Assembly: GCA_904063045.1 (NCBI GenBank)
Contig: CAJFCJ010000019.1
Coordinates: forward strand, 1,230,570-1,294,569
Length of the DNA stretch: 64,000 bases
Direction of reading: 5' to 3'
From: Dimorphilus gyrociliatus
Lineage: Eukaryota > Animalia > Annelida
In this document: piece after piece, positions 49,933 to 62,000 of the stretch
Position numbering within the stretch: the stretch's first letter is position 1
Layout: every line of letters starts with the position of its first letter
Program-made: the position numbers and the translations under genes
Notes under the pieces: model-generated
The model's database searches: none
Seen by the model: only the letters and a program-made list of their open reading frames with translations
Told to the model about the DNA's origin: nothing

Positions 49933-51930
49933 CTAACGACTGCTACTTCTCTCCTGTTCTGGATCTTCATTATTTCTTACGGGTGATACATCTTTTTCCA
50001 CTGAAGCTGCTGGACTGGGTGATCGGTCCTTGCTAGCACTCTTTTTGCTCCTAGAACGAGATCTCGAACGCGATTGTTTTCCTTCGCTCATGGGGCTTTT
50101 CGAACGTGAACGAGAAGGTGATCTCGAGCGCGATCGAGAGTGATCCCTGCTGCCATTTCTTCGATTTTTACTGTGGCTCCTACTGTAAAAGCATAAATTT
50201 ACGCATTAGTTAATTTATTCAATATTACAAAAAGTATAAATTACTAACCTTCTTGATCTTGATTTACTCCTTGGACTTCTGCTCCTACTTCTACTTCTAC
50301 TTCTAGTGCTTCTACTCCTACGACTTCTGCTCCTACTTCTACTTCTACTTCTTGTGCTCCTGCTTCTACGACTCCGACTTCTGGTGCTTCTGCTTCTACG
50401 ACTTCTGCTTCTTCTACTTCTTGAGCTTCTGCTTCTGCTTCTACTTCTGAAACGACTAACTTATTAACTCTATAATAGTTTTTCAATTTAATTTTACCTT
50501 CTTCTTGAACGAGATCTGCTGCGAGATCTCGAATAACTTCTTCTGTCTCTGTATCTTCCCCTATCTTCAATCAGACGAATACGTCGCCCATTGACTTCGG
50601 TACCATCAAGCTTTTCAATGGCTGTTTTTAGGTCTCTGTAGCTTGCGAATTCAACGACTCTGTAATGTCAACAATAGTTAGGTTAAATGAAATTTTTTAG
50701 ATTATTTATAAAGGTTACCCTTCATTTCTACGTGTCTTATGGGCATCGGCATATGTTATTTCCCCGGCTTGTCTCATGTAGTCTTTCAAGTCCTGATTGG
50801 ATTACGAAAAGTAATTTTAAAAATATTCACAAAAGAATATTTTGCTTAGTTAAAAAAAGTAGGTATTTGGATGTAAACTAAGCAATAAAATAAATAAGTA
50901 TATAGGTTGTCAAGATATGCATCTCTCAAACTTAAAAAATTCATTATAATTAGCAGTCTTGGTAAAATATCCCCATATCATACGGCTGGACGATTCGTGA
51001 AGGCGATGGACCACGGATACGCCAAAACCACCAAGAAACTTCATAAGCCATTATGCTCGTCCACCACCATGTACGCACACGTTTGTCATTATTATTATTT
51101 AGGATTACATAGAATGCACACATGCACAGTTTTGTGTCTTTTGACAATCAGTTAATTTACCTGTGTGACTTTGTCACGTGACGTATCGCGCGGCAGGGAT
51201 ATTGTAAGAGGAACACAAGACGCATCGGACGAGACAACGTTTGGCTGGCTGTGGTCTACGCAGCGGCCTCTTTCTATAATACGCTCGCCCCGTCAACACA
51301 CACAACGTATTTGCGCCTCCTGTTCTAAATCAATTTTAAAAAATATAATTTTTTTCTTTCGAAAATGTGTTTTCAGAGTCTTGAAGCGCCCGTCGTTTCT
51401 CGATCGTATCGTCCGCTTCGCTTGATTCTACTTGCCATATGCTTGCACGTACCTGCCAGCTGCATCTAGACGACAGATTTTCCACTATCAGACGATACTC
51501 TGTTCGGGTAGGTGGACCATAACGGTCTCTTGACGATGGCGGGGGTCTTCTTGGTGGTGGACGGTAGCGTTCATCTCTCCAGTCAGGAGGCCCACGTGGT
51601 GATCTTCTAGCAAACTCTACTACAATTCTGAAAAAATAACGTTTTGATATCGTTTCAAAATATTCCTAATCAAATTATCAAACCTTTCTCCAAGTAATTC
51701 TTTTCCATTAAGTTCGTAAACAGCATCATCTGCATCTCGATGATCTTCAAATTCCTGAAATCATTGACGTTCCATAAAAGTATAATGGTTGTAATTTTAA
51801 AACTCACCACAAAGCCGAAATCGCTTTTGAGTAAAACTTCTCGAAGTTTGCCGTAACCTTTAAAGAATTTTTCGACATCCCTTTCGCGTACGCCATAAGG
51901 CAGTCTCCCAATATAAACCCTGGTAGCCAT
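49933..51930 (-). CDS. Serine/arginine-rich splicing factor of the SRSF4/5/6 (B52/SRp55) family
   Basis: RRM1 [27 protein letters not shown]; RRM2 [14 protein letters not shown]|[11 protein letters not shown]; RS domain ending at TAG 49933. Confidence 0.95.
51161..51324 (-). other. Candidate poison (PTC) cassette exon in the SRSF SWQ|DLKD intron
   Basis: gatttag|AACAGGAGG...CACACAG|gtaaat within the 660-nt intron 50793-51452; an in-frame TAG follows 16 codons. Confidence 0.65.
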
Positions 51931-53388
51931 GCGGCTGAAACAGAAGTAGGTCAATGAAACTAACAATGACGCATCGCCGTTATACCTGAGAGACGGCGAG
52001 AAATACAATAATACTTACATCGCTTTTATTCAGCAATTCGATACTTTAACTGATCTATCAAATTGCTCCAAAAAGAACGTTTTATTAGCACAACTTAGCT
52101 TATATGACGAACGAAACAATCACGCTCCAAACGGAACGCCGAAAGTGCTTAAAATGCGCATGCGTGAAGAACATGGCCGAGTATACGAAAAAAATTATTC
52201 TGAACGATTTAACTAATTTAAATTACTACTAATTACTAAATATAAATAATAAAATTTATTTATTTATTTGATATCGAATTGTCGATTTCGATATTTTAAT
52301 GCTTATCTAATAATATTTAGAATTGAACCTTAACCGCGGTTTTGAACTCGCCTCCGCCACAAAATTCCTCACGCTATCTAGACGTTCCTAATTCTAGTTA
52401 AAAAAAGCTGAATATCTGTCGATTGGTGTGAGTCATGATAGATCGGCAAACTTTTTAAAAGAAATAAGTAATTGTCGATTTAATAACTCTGGCTGAACAC
52501 CGAGTTGTCGAAATCAATTATTTGTAAGTGAATAGCTTTATATTTTACTTAAGTTATATTAGGGAACCAAATCCTTATTAATCTGTATTACATGAAAATG
52601 AATAAACTTAATTAGGAGTATTAATACTCCCCATCTATCTCAGCAGTTGAGCAAGACTTTCCCTATTTGTATACAGATTGAAAAAAACTATATTGAAACT
52701 TAAGGCCTCATAGTATAATATATGTTATACTAAAACCTGAAGTCGTAAAAGTACCTTAACTCCAATCTCATTTTCTCATACTCACTCCCTATCTCTATAC
52801 GAACTTCAAACGACAAATGCGTGTACTTGAACATACAAATAAATGCTGTGTATATACGTGAGCTACAAATGTATCAATGCAGTAGATGTGTATATACAAT
52901 ACGAGGATTTAACACTTATAGAATCTTTAATTAAGGCAATCGGCTTAAACATCTCTCTCAGCAGTGAAACTTCACTGTAAGTTTATTAATTAAACAGGCC
53001 TAATAAGTAATCATTCACATTTCTCTTTATATTCTATAATTAATTGCAGCTATTTTGTGACATGTATTGGTGAAAGAAAGACTAATAAGTACTATTCAGA
53101 GGTTCAGTAAACTATTAGAATGAATACAGTTATAACAAAATTGACACCTCGTTTGAGGAGGAAAAAGACATCGGCTGCAAGTAATATGGATACGGTCTGT
53201 AGTAGAATAATAGTATTTTGTTGTATATATCCTTAATTGTGAAGTATATGTTTTGATATATTTTGCTTAAAGATATCTAATAAAAATCAATAATTCATAT
53301 AAATCTTATCAGGAAGTCGACCAACTGTATATATACTTATATATTTATACAAATTTATAGTATTTAAAGGGAAAAATATATAACACAC

Positions 53389-53392
<4 letters not shown>

Positions 53393-53441
<49 letters not shown>
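53393..53441. repeat. (TA)n microsatellite
   Basis: Direct reading. Confidence 0.95.
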
Positions 53442-53444
<3 letters not shown>

Positions 53445-53941
53445 TATATGTTAGTATTTACGTTAATATTCAGAATTTATTTTATTTGGTTAAATTAAAA
53501 TACTCCTTTGTTCAGCAACCTACTAGCTTAGGCTGCTTTACCTTTCTATATTATCAATATTATTTTATGTTATAGAAAATTTGAGATATACGTTGATAGC
53601 AGACAGTATAATAATTTGATTTTGATTGTGGTTCGTTGATATATATATATATTTACGTAAATTGATATTGAAATGGGACATAGGTCACTCTAGGTTATGA
53701 TATTATATTAAAAGGTTACTATATAATTACATACTCAACATTAGATTAATTACTGCATAAAAAACGTTTGTATTTGAGAATACTTTTTACATGTTATATT
53801 TTCTCTATATTTGTATATATATGTATATATATGGCTTCGTTGCTGATTGTTAAAATATAACAAATACACATTCAATGATTACTTTATGATTTGTTCATGA
53901 ATCGATAAAAAAAAATTAAATAATTCTAATTGTTTCTACAG

Positions 53942-55769
53942 GACAAGAGCGATATTGATGACAATTTCGTTTATCCATTGGAAGAAAATCGTAACAACGT
54001 TCTACAGATTCCGACTTCGAACAGTGGAAACTCCTTATCAGCAGCTGAACAAAGTGAATCTATGATGATACCTACAAACGATAATTCAGCTATTCAAGTG
54101 GTACCCTCGTCCTCTCCCATACCCCCTGCCCCAGCTGTAAGAAAATCAGATTCTGATGATGTCTTTGTTGGTGAAAATGTTTGCGAAAGTCATGAGCATG
54201 GGGGGAAAATGGCATTAAACGATGTGTTTGGTCTTGACGTTGATTACATGTTTGAGCTACTTTTTACAGATTCACAGTTTTATAGAGATTTTTTAGCGTC
54301 TAGAAAGACAACTGAACTTATACAGACGCCCTGGCCGGTGGAATTTGACGAGGATGGTTCTAAATCAAGATTAATTACATATACACTATCTCTCAATTAC
54401 AAGATTGGACCTAAATCTACAAAGACAACTGAAAAGCAAACGATCCTTCCGGAATCGAAGCCGGGTTCGCATTATATTGTCGATGCAGAAGTTCATAATT
54501 TGGAGGTTCCATACGCTGACACTTTCTATACGATTACTAGATTTTGCTTGCTCAAAGAATCAAATAACAAGACAAGACTAAAGGTGCATTGTGAAGTAAA
54601 GTACAGAAAACAAGCATGGGGACCAATTAAGGGTTTGTGTCACTCAAAAAGCATTCTTTCTCTTCTTTTTTCTTATCTAAAGTTTTCAAACATGTTACAA
54701 TATGATAAAATATAAAATATATTGTAAATATTGTTTTTAGTGGTTGTGGGTAAATGTGCCCAACAGGGTTTGCCCGAAAATTTTAATCTTTTAGGTATGT
54801 ATCGAACGTTTTGTTCTGACAGGCTTGATTGAAAAAACTTCTTCTTCTGGGTTATCCGAGAATTTTAACTTGCTTGGTGAGACTAACTATTGCTAACTTT
54901 CCACTTTTTACTTTCTTTTATCGCTTTTATAAACATAATATATATTAAAGAAACTATTTTCTTGGTTTTCTTAATATATACATAAACATATTATAATTAA
55001 TATTAATTAATAATCCTATTAATTAATTTCTTTTTGTTTTTCTTATAATATTAATGATATTATCTTTAATTGGTTTTTGTTTCTACCCCCCCTCCCACAG
55101 ATATGTTATTTTTCATAATTAAAATGTTTGTTTTAAGCCGTACATTTAAGAAGAGAAGCTGATAGGAATCATGGATCGACGACGTCTAATAATAATAATA
55201 GCATGAACAATAGCACAAAGAAAAAATTGAGAAAACGCCATAAACAACAAAGCCAATCAATTGCTTCTAGCTTCGAACGACCTGCTCATATGGATGCGTC
55301 AAGATATTCGAGTCAGCCTTTGGCATTTTCTCTTAGTGCTAATACTTTGGCTCTCTTCCTTTGCTTCATGTTAGTACATGCACAAAAAATAAGAAACCTT
55401 TTAAATAAGCATATACAAACAATGACATTTTCAAACAGAATCATCCTTCTGATTTTCCTGAATGTATTCCTTTTCCTAAAGATTAGTCAATTGGAAAGTC
55501 AAACTTTACTTTTCTACAGGAATAGCGAACCTAGTATTAAGTAGGTTTATTTCCCTTATGTACGAATATGTTTTAAATTAAATTTTATGATTATTTCTTC
55601 TTTATATTCATTTTATAGAACTGACTGGCGCCAATTGATTGATGATGAAGAGAATATTTATAAAACTCAATCGGCAAAATGGAAGAAAGTTTTGTCGTCA
55701 TCACTTTTAATTTTAGATCAAATCAAAACGACTATGCAAACTTTGTATAAGCGTGTCGAAGAGATTTGA
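53942..55769 (+). CDS. GRAMD1: GRAMD1/Aster-like protein: VASt (StART-like) domain, TM helix and C-terminal coiled coil; 5' end uncertain (candidate first exon 53120-53194)
   Basis: LDVDYMFELLFTDSQF, VPYADTFYTITRFCL and VKYRKQAWGPIKG; TM LFLCF|IILLIFLNVFLFLKISQLE; tail KWKKVLSSSLLILDQIK. Confidence 0.85.
54741..54794 (+). other. GRAMD1 duplicated exon M1 (54 nt, phase 1-1): VVVGKCAQQGLPENFNLL
   Basis: ttgtttttag|TGGTTGTG...CTTTTAG|gtatgt. Confidence 0.8.
54823..54876 (+). other. GRAMD1 duplicated exon M2 (54 nt, phase 1-1): GLIEKTSSSGLSENFNLL
   Basis: ttctgacag|GCTTGATT...TTGCTTG|gtgaga; the closer match to the canonical Aster helix. Confidence 0.85.
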
Positions 55770-56056
55770 AATACAGTTTTAATTCAGACACCTAGCGGAT
55801 TCTATTTTTGAATTGTTTTTTTGCGCGTACACCCCCTGCCGTTTATAGACGGTGTATATAAACTCTACGACCATCTTCTTCCGCTGTATTCGAAAGAGAG
55901 CAAGAGAGTTAGAACGAGGGGTTGGGAGAAAGATAGAGATAGATTAATATAGAGAAAGAAAGAGAGACAGAGAAACAGAAAGAAAGAGAAAAGTATAGAT
56001 AGATTGTGAGAAAGTTAAAAAGTTTTCCGCGGCGCGCACTTCTTTTCCAACTCACC

Positions 56057-59000
56057 ATGAAATTACTCGTCATTATACTCATCTTGGGCCTTTTAGAAAG
56101 GATTGCAAGCTATCCAGCATCTTCGGAAAGAGGGGAAATGGTTTCATTAGCTATTGTTTTTGATACAACCGGTTCCATGTACGATGATTTAACGCAGTTA
56201 ATAAAGGCAGCGGCGAAAATTTTAAATGAGATCGAATCGAAGAGGAAGAGGCTCATTTACAATTATATTCTCGTGCCTATAAGGGATCCAGGTAAGGAGA
56301 AAAAAAAGATTTCTGTATATTGTTTATAATTGGATGCTTCTGATGCACTTAGTAGTTACCTAATCTTTGCCGCATCTGCTTTTTATGTTCTATCTCTTCT
56401 TTTTGCCATTTGCGTAGATGACCTAGCGTTGACTTGTTAACCGTGCTAAAGCGCGTTTTATGATCGCCATTAAAAGTCCCGTCTGTATGTATTTATTTAT
56501 AAAACTAAGCAGGCTTTGGGGCACGTTCAATCACGCCAATGTTTCAGAAATTGGTCCAGTTCGAATAACCCGAAATGCGGATCGCTTTCAAGACTTTCTT
56601 CGCAACTTGACGGTATCGGGGGGAGGAGATTGTCCGGAAAAATCTATATCGGCTATTCGGCTAGCACTTGAGTCTTCTCTTCCTAATTCACTCATCTATG
56701 TTTTCACTGATGCGCGATCAAAAGACTACGAACAAACCGAACAAGTTCTCTCACTTATTCAACAAAAACAAAGTCAAGTGGTATTCGTCTTAACTGGTGA
56801 TTGTGGCAACACATCTCACCCAGGATACTATGCTTTTCAAAGAATAGCTCAGACAAGCAGCGGCCAGGTGTTCCTTACTAAGAAGAATCAAGTAAATCGG
56901 GTTCGCAAACATCACACAATTTCAAATATATCTTGTTCCCGCGAGTTTCGCTCATTGGCTGCGTTTAATGTTTCCAACAGGTTCTCAAGATCGTCAGGCA
57001 GGCTGTTCGGTCTCGTAAAGTTCATGTTTTGACGGTGAATCAACGCCAAAGAGCAGTTTCAGACGTTTATTTACTACCAATTGACTCGAGAATTCAGCGT
57101 TTTACCGTAACTGTAAGTGGCTCCGATCCCAAAATACGTTTATTCGATCCAGATGGGGAAAAGTTTGATAAAAAGCGGGGCTTAATTTCAACGCTAAAGT
57201 TGGCTAATGGTATTGTCGTGACAGTAAGAAAGCCTAAGTTTGGTTCATGGCGTTTACAAATATCCAGCTCATCTGCCCATCAGGTCAGAGTAAACGCTTT
57301 AAGCGATTTGGATTTTACACATGGGTATTCTTTAAAACCGACCTTCTCCATGAACAAGACCTTCTTCAGACCAATAACATCAGCCCAAAACTATATGCTC
57401 GTTAATTTAACAACTAATGATTCCAAGACAAAGTTAGAGAGCGTTAAATTAACAGATTTACAAGGTAATGAAATCGCTGTACACTCTCTTTTGGATGATT
57501 TACGAGAAGGGGGCCAACTACCATATGTTTATTCCTTTCCATTTTTACCGCCTACAACAGAATTTTATTATGTAATGATTAATGGTACTGACCATAGGGG
57601 TCTACCTTTCCAACGGTTTTCTCAAACAGCTATACAGGCAAGCGTTCCTCAGCCACCTATTGTACATTCTCCATCGCCACTATTAAAAGTTCCGTCAGGG
57701 GAGAGCATAAAATTGAGTTGCTTCGTTAAGAGTATTGTCCCATATAAGGTTAAATGGTTTAAAGGGAAGAACCATATAGGACCAGACCTATTCTTTTCTC
57801 AGCCGGACAATGCAACACTGGAGATAACGAGAGCAAGACTAATCGACGAAGGCAATTATATGTGCAACGTATCAAATAGAGCTGGTTATAGGATAGCCCA
57901 AATTACTTTAGACGTTCTTGATTCAAAACCTGTTATAAAGGTCGATAGAAAATCAGTTGAGGTTGTGGAAGGTGATCAGCTTGTCCTATATTGTAGAGTC
58001 TTCTCTAAAACTGACTTTAACATTACTTGGTCCCGCACTTATTACTCTAAAAAGTCAGTTGAACTAGAACCTCATAGAACATCATTGTTTAACAATGGAA
58101 CACTTATTCTTCATGATATACGTAGAACGGATGTTGGAATATATACTTGTGAAGCGCGAAATGAAGGAGGTTCTTCAAAATCATCAATAAACGTAACTTT
58201 GCAAGGTTTCCCGAAAATTACAATAACGCCTCGCCAATTCAAATATCGAACGGGAGATTCAATCAATTTTACATGTTCATCAAATTCAAAAGTTCAAGGG
58301 GGTTTCATGTTCAAAAAGGAAGGATCGAATTTAGAGTACTCGAGTCGTATTTGGTTTGATAGGACAAGGGGAAGCTTGATGATAAACAATTTAAGAATTG
58401 AAGACGCCGGAAAGTACGAATGCGAAGGGAAGAACTCGGCGGGAAGTGCGTCTGCATTCTCTCATTTAATTTACATAGGTATGTATATTATAAACAAAAA
58501 ATACGCGTACCGTTTCCATATGTTAGCCATGGACAGATGTAAATGTTTACAGTTTAAGCACCAAGTTTCGGCTTACTTTTCTTTCATTTCCATAACAACA
58601 AGGAACTATAAAAAAGCCCCTTTTCTTTCTTCTTTGTTTAGAAAAACCGACAATCACAGTAACAAGGAACAGAGTGCTAATAAATCAGCTGGATACTGTG
58701 AGGTTGAAATGCGAAGCCCGAGGTCAACCTACGCCAGTTGTTGATTGGTTCTTTAAGAATCAACTAATAAAGGATGGAAGTTTATTCAAATTACATGATA
58801 AGGGTCAACAATTGGAAATAAAAGAAGTACGCGATGATAACGAAGGAACTTATGATTGTGTTGCTAAAAATGAAGGGGGTAAAGATTCAGGAAGAGTTAA
58901 TTTGTTTGTTGGTTCAATCCCAAGCTTTACGGAGAAGCCAAGTTCAACTAGAGTTAGGATTTTATCAAATATTACATTGGCTTGTGCTGGTATAGGGTCT

Positions 59001-62000
59001 CCAAAACCTATTGTAAAATGGTCTATTGATAATAAAGAAACCAAAAGAATTACACAATCTAAAGATGGTTACCTTAATATAATCGGAGTTAAGAAAGAAG
59101 ATGAAGGTTCTTACACTTGTATTTTAGAGAATAAGTTTGGTTCGATAAATACTACAGCTGTAATATCTGTCGATGGAATAGTTGCTCCAAGAATAGAATA
59201 CTCAAATCCAACCGAATACGTATTATTAGGAAGAGAAACTAGTTTATCATGCCGAATATACGGAGGTTTTCCTCCTCCAATAGTCGAATGGATGAAAGAC
59301 GGGAATAAACTCACTTCTGGTGGACGAATTTCCATTGGCCGTCACAATAATATAGTTATTTCGCAAACTAAAGTTAGTGTAGACACCTTTTGTAGGTTTA
59401 TTATACAATTATAGAGTATTTATTGCTTATTTAAAGGCTGAAGATGAAGGCGATTACGCGTGTGTGGCATCAAATGTGGGTGGTCAGCAGAAATTCGTTA
59501 CTACGTTGAAAGTACAAGAGGCGCCTAAAATACATGCAAACGATTCTAAAGGGTCACTTCAAGTAATGAAGGGATCTATGATTTCCCTAGGCTGTAGGGC
59601 AACTGGAAAACCTGAGCCATTGGTTTCATGGTTGAAGAATGGGAGAAGAGTAGAAGAAGAGCAAGATCAATCGAGATTTTATATTGATAGATCGGGAAGT
59701 ATACGTATATTTGATGCTAGATTAACAGACTCGGGTCGTTATACTTGCTCAGCTATTAATGATATTGGAATGGACTTTAAAAGTATGAGCTTGTTAGTTT
59801 TAAATCCTCCACAAATTATTCGCTCTGCAAGACGACACTACAGAGCGATTCTGGGAAATTCCTTAGCAATACTATGCGAAGCTGATGGTACTCCGGAACC
59901 AAATATTATTTGGAGAAGACTAGGTAAAAAATCACCGTCGTATGGCGCGTCAATAAGATTTGACAGAGTAGTAGAAAGTGATGAAGGGGAATATGAATGT
60001 GAAGCATCTAACTCAGCTGGAAAAGATACAAGAATTTTTACTTTAACTGTTCTCGTGCCTCCAAGCTTTAATGGTACAGCCCAAGGCCACCTAAGGGCTG
60101 TTGTAAATCAGCAAGTAACTTTAAATTGCCCTGTGTTTGGTAAACCTAAACCAGTAATAGGTTGGAAAAAAGATATGAAAGTTAGTTTATGTCCTTTGAA
60201 GTTTATTTTTCTTGTAGAAGGAATACATTATAATGACTAATCACTTCCTTTTTAGATTCTACAAGTTAGACATCGTCTAGAAGAAAATTCATTGATAATT
60301 GATAAAGTTCAACCAAAACACGTTGGTTTATATGAATGCATTGCAGAAAACGAGGCCGGTATAGCTACTCGTCAGTTTTCATTGACCGTCGATGGTAAGA
60401 AATTAGTTTATAAGCATAGGCTATCCCTATATAAATCAATGCTTCCTCTTTTAGAACAACCAAAGATAATCTTCAATGAGCCTACGCAAAAGACTGTTGC
60501 TATAAAGGACTCGTTGACTCTTGAGTGTCCAGCATATGCCTCGCCAGAGCCAGTAGTAAGATGGTTCAAAGATGGAATACCATTTAATAAAATGAGATTG
60601 GAAATGGACTATTCCATTTATATAAGAAAAGTTAACCAACACGATGCTGGTATTTATAAATGTTTAGCGACGAATAGAGCGGGAAATGCATCTTTAAATA
60701 TGAATGTAACAGTTCTTGGTAATTATTTAACATAAAATTTTAACTGATATATAATCATTAGTTAATTAATAACTTTTTAACAAACTTTAAAGTACCGCCA
60801 AGATTCTTGAAAGAACAAGAAGTTGATTTTGCTGAGAATGTACATATTCAAAATTCAACAATTATACTTGATTGCTCTGTGGACGGTTTACCTCTCCCAA
60901 CCGTATCATGGTATAAAAACGATATTTTACTTGATAATTTACCCGAGAAACGAATTAGTTTGGAAAAGAACAATCAAATACTGAAATTAGTTAGTAGCCG
61001 GAAGTCGGATAAAGGCCTATATTATTGCCGTGTAGAGAATTCTGTTGGTTATGATGAGAGAAGATTTGACATTGAGATTATAGCTCCGCCAGTTTTCGAT
61101 CAGTTTTCAGCTTCTAACATGACAGCTGTTCTTCATCAATCTATTCGCTTTCTTTGTTCTGTTAATACAGATCCTACAGTAGAAGTTAAGTGGTATCATA
61201 ATGGTAGAAAGATAAGGGAAGGTATAAAATTCGATTCTACAATCTATGAAATTGATTATGTGCAAGCCAATAATTCTGGTCATTACGAATGTGAAGCATC
61301 CAACGTTGCAGGATCAGTTTCTAAGGTGTTTGACCTTGTCGTATTAATACCACCAAAATTCGCTAGCGTCGAAAACGGGAGGCAGGAAGTAAGAATGAAC
61401 TCAACTGTCCACTTAGATTGTCGAGTAGAAGGCTATCCTACACCAAGTATTTTATGGTATTATAATGGTCGTTTATTGGCAAAAGCGAATGGTTCAGAGG
61501 TTCTTAAAATAAGAAAGGTTTCAATTACAAACTCTGGTTTATACGAATGTGTTGCAACCAACGAAGCTGGACAGAGTGAAAAACATTTCAATGTAAATTT
61601 CCATCAACCTGCTTATTTTATATCACCTGAACCAGGTCATAAAGTAACAAAATTAACATTAAACCGAAGCCTAGTATTATCTTGCCGAGTTGGAGGATAC
61701 CCAACACCAAATATAATTTGGGAGAAAGACTCTAGAAGATTAAATTGGAGAAAGGAAAATTTGAGGATAGGATCGGCAACTTTGGCTGATGCTGGTCTTT
61801 ATCGATGCATAGCATCAAATGTTGTTAGTCGTATTTCAAGAGAGTTCGACGTCCAAGTAGTGGGTAATTATTAATGTTTTACTATAGTAATTAATAAATA
61901 CTTTTATATTATAACTTGTTCAATATTATCCAGAACCACCAAGAATTGACAAGACCGGATTTAACTCAAATCCTGCTGTTATAGTTAACCAAAGTCATCA

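Noticed and set aside
50244-50570. Listed ORF rich in EAEAE/EVEV
   Set aside because: It is an off-frame reading of the SRSF RS-domain codons (AGA AGC repeats) and runs through an intron.
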